Of a stretch of 18,986 nucleotides of DNA, positions 18,737 to 18,986 are shown piece by piece. The number at the start of each line of letters is the position of its first letter. Position 1 is the first letter of the stretch. Source of the stretch: Octopus sinensis (Eukaryota); NCBI RefSeq assembly GCF_006345805.1, contig NW_021824226.1:1-18986 (forward strand), written 5' to 3'. The notes under the pieces were generated by a model, which ran no database searches, was not told the DNA's origin, and saw nothing but the letters and a program-made list of their open reading frames with translations. The position numbers were made by a program, and so were the translations under genes.

Positions 18737-18986
18737 TGCTTGTTGAGCGAAGCGGTCTTCGTCCCACGTCTGTAGAGGAGAAGTCCGAAACGTGGTCCTT
18801 TGCTATTCGTAAGACCCGCAGAAGAGAAAGCAGGTCAACCCCCGACACCGAGAGCATCGACGGATGGATGAAGGCGCATCCAGGCTCAGCGGTTGCGTAG
18901 GAAGTCGGGGAACAAGAAACAGGAAGAAAGAGTGAAAGAGTACAACAGGGGTCGCCCCCCCTGCCGGAGCCTCGTGGAGCTTTAGG
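18737..18986 (-). mobile_element. probable 3' part of an interspersed repeat (SINE-like), running off the window edge
   Basis: High-complexity, CpG-rich, non-coding. Minus strand CCTAAAGCTCCACGAGGCTCCGGCAGGGG... resembles an octopus SINE body from memory and ends in a CAACAA-like tail. Not verifiable within the window. Confidence 0.5.

Overview
Repeat-saturated, AT-rich eukaryotic non-coding DNA, probably intergenic or deep intronic. The SINE families look like those I recall from octopus genomes (tRNA-derived OK/OR1/OR2-type SINEs); that taxon call is recall, not a search result. I find no supportable host protein-coding gene, RNA gene or CRISPR array, and essentially all listed ORFs are translations of microsatellites or SINE bodies. 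What can be supported: (i) about 13 copies or fragments of three tRNA-derived SINE families, labelled here A, B and C, plus two probable SINE 3' fragments; (ii) five LINE relics: two RTE-clade, two L1/Tx1-clade and one probable R4/Dong-type; (iii) a TTAA-flanked piggyBac-like MITE; (iv) many microsatellites and several higher-order minisatellites. The most notable details are a clean RTE-in-Tx1 nested insertion, a 31-bp templated patch inside a SINE, a hairpin module shared by two SINE families, closely spaced inverted SINE pairs, and a 10-bp-periodic POU/octamer motif array. I see no evidence for a new biological system beyond these transposon and repeat observations. Identities and alignments were judged by eye.
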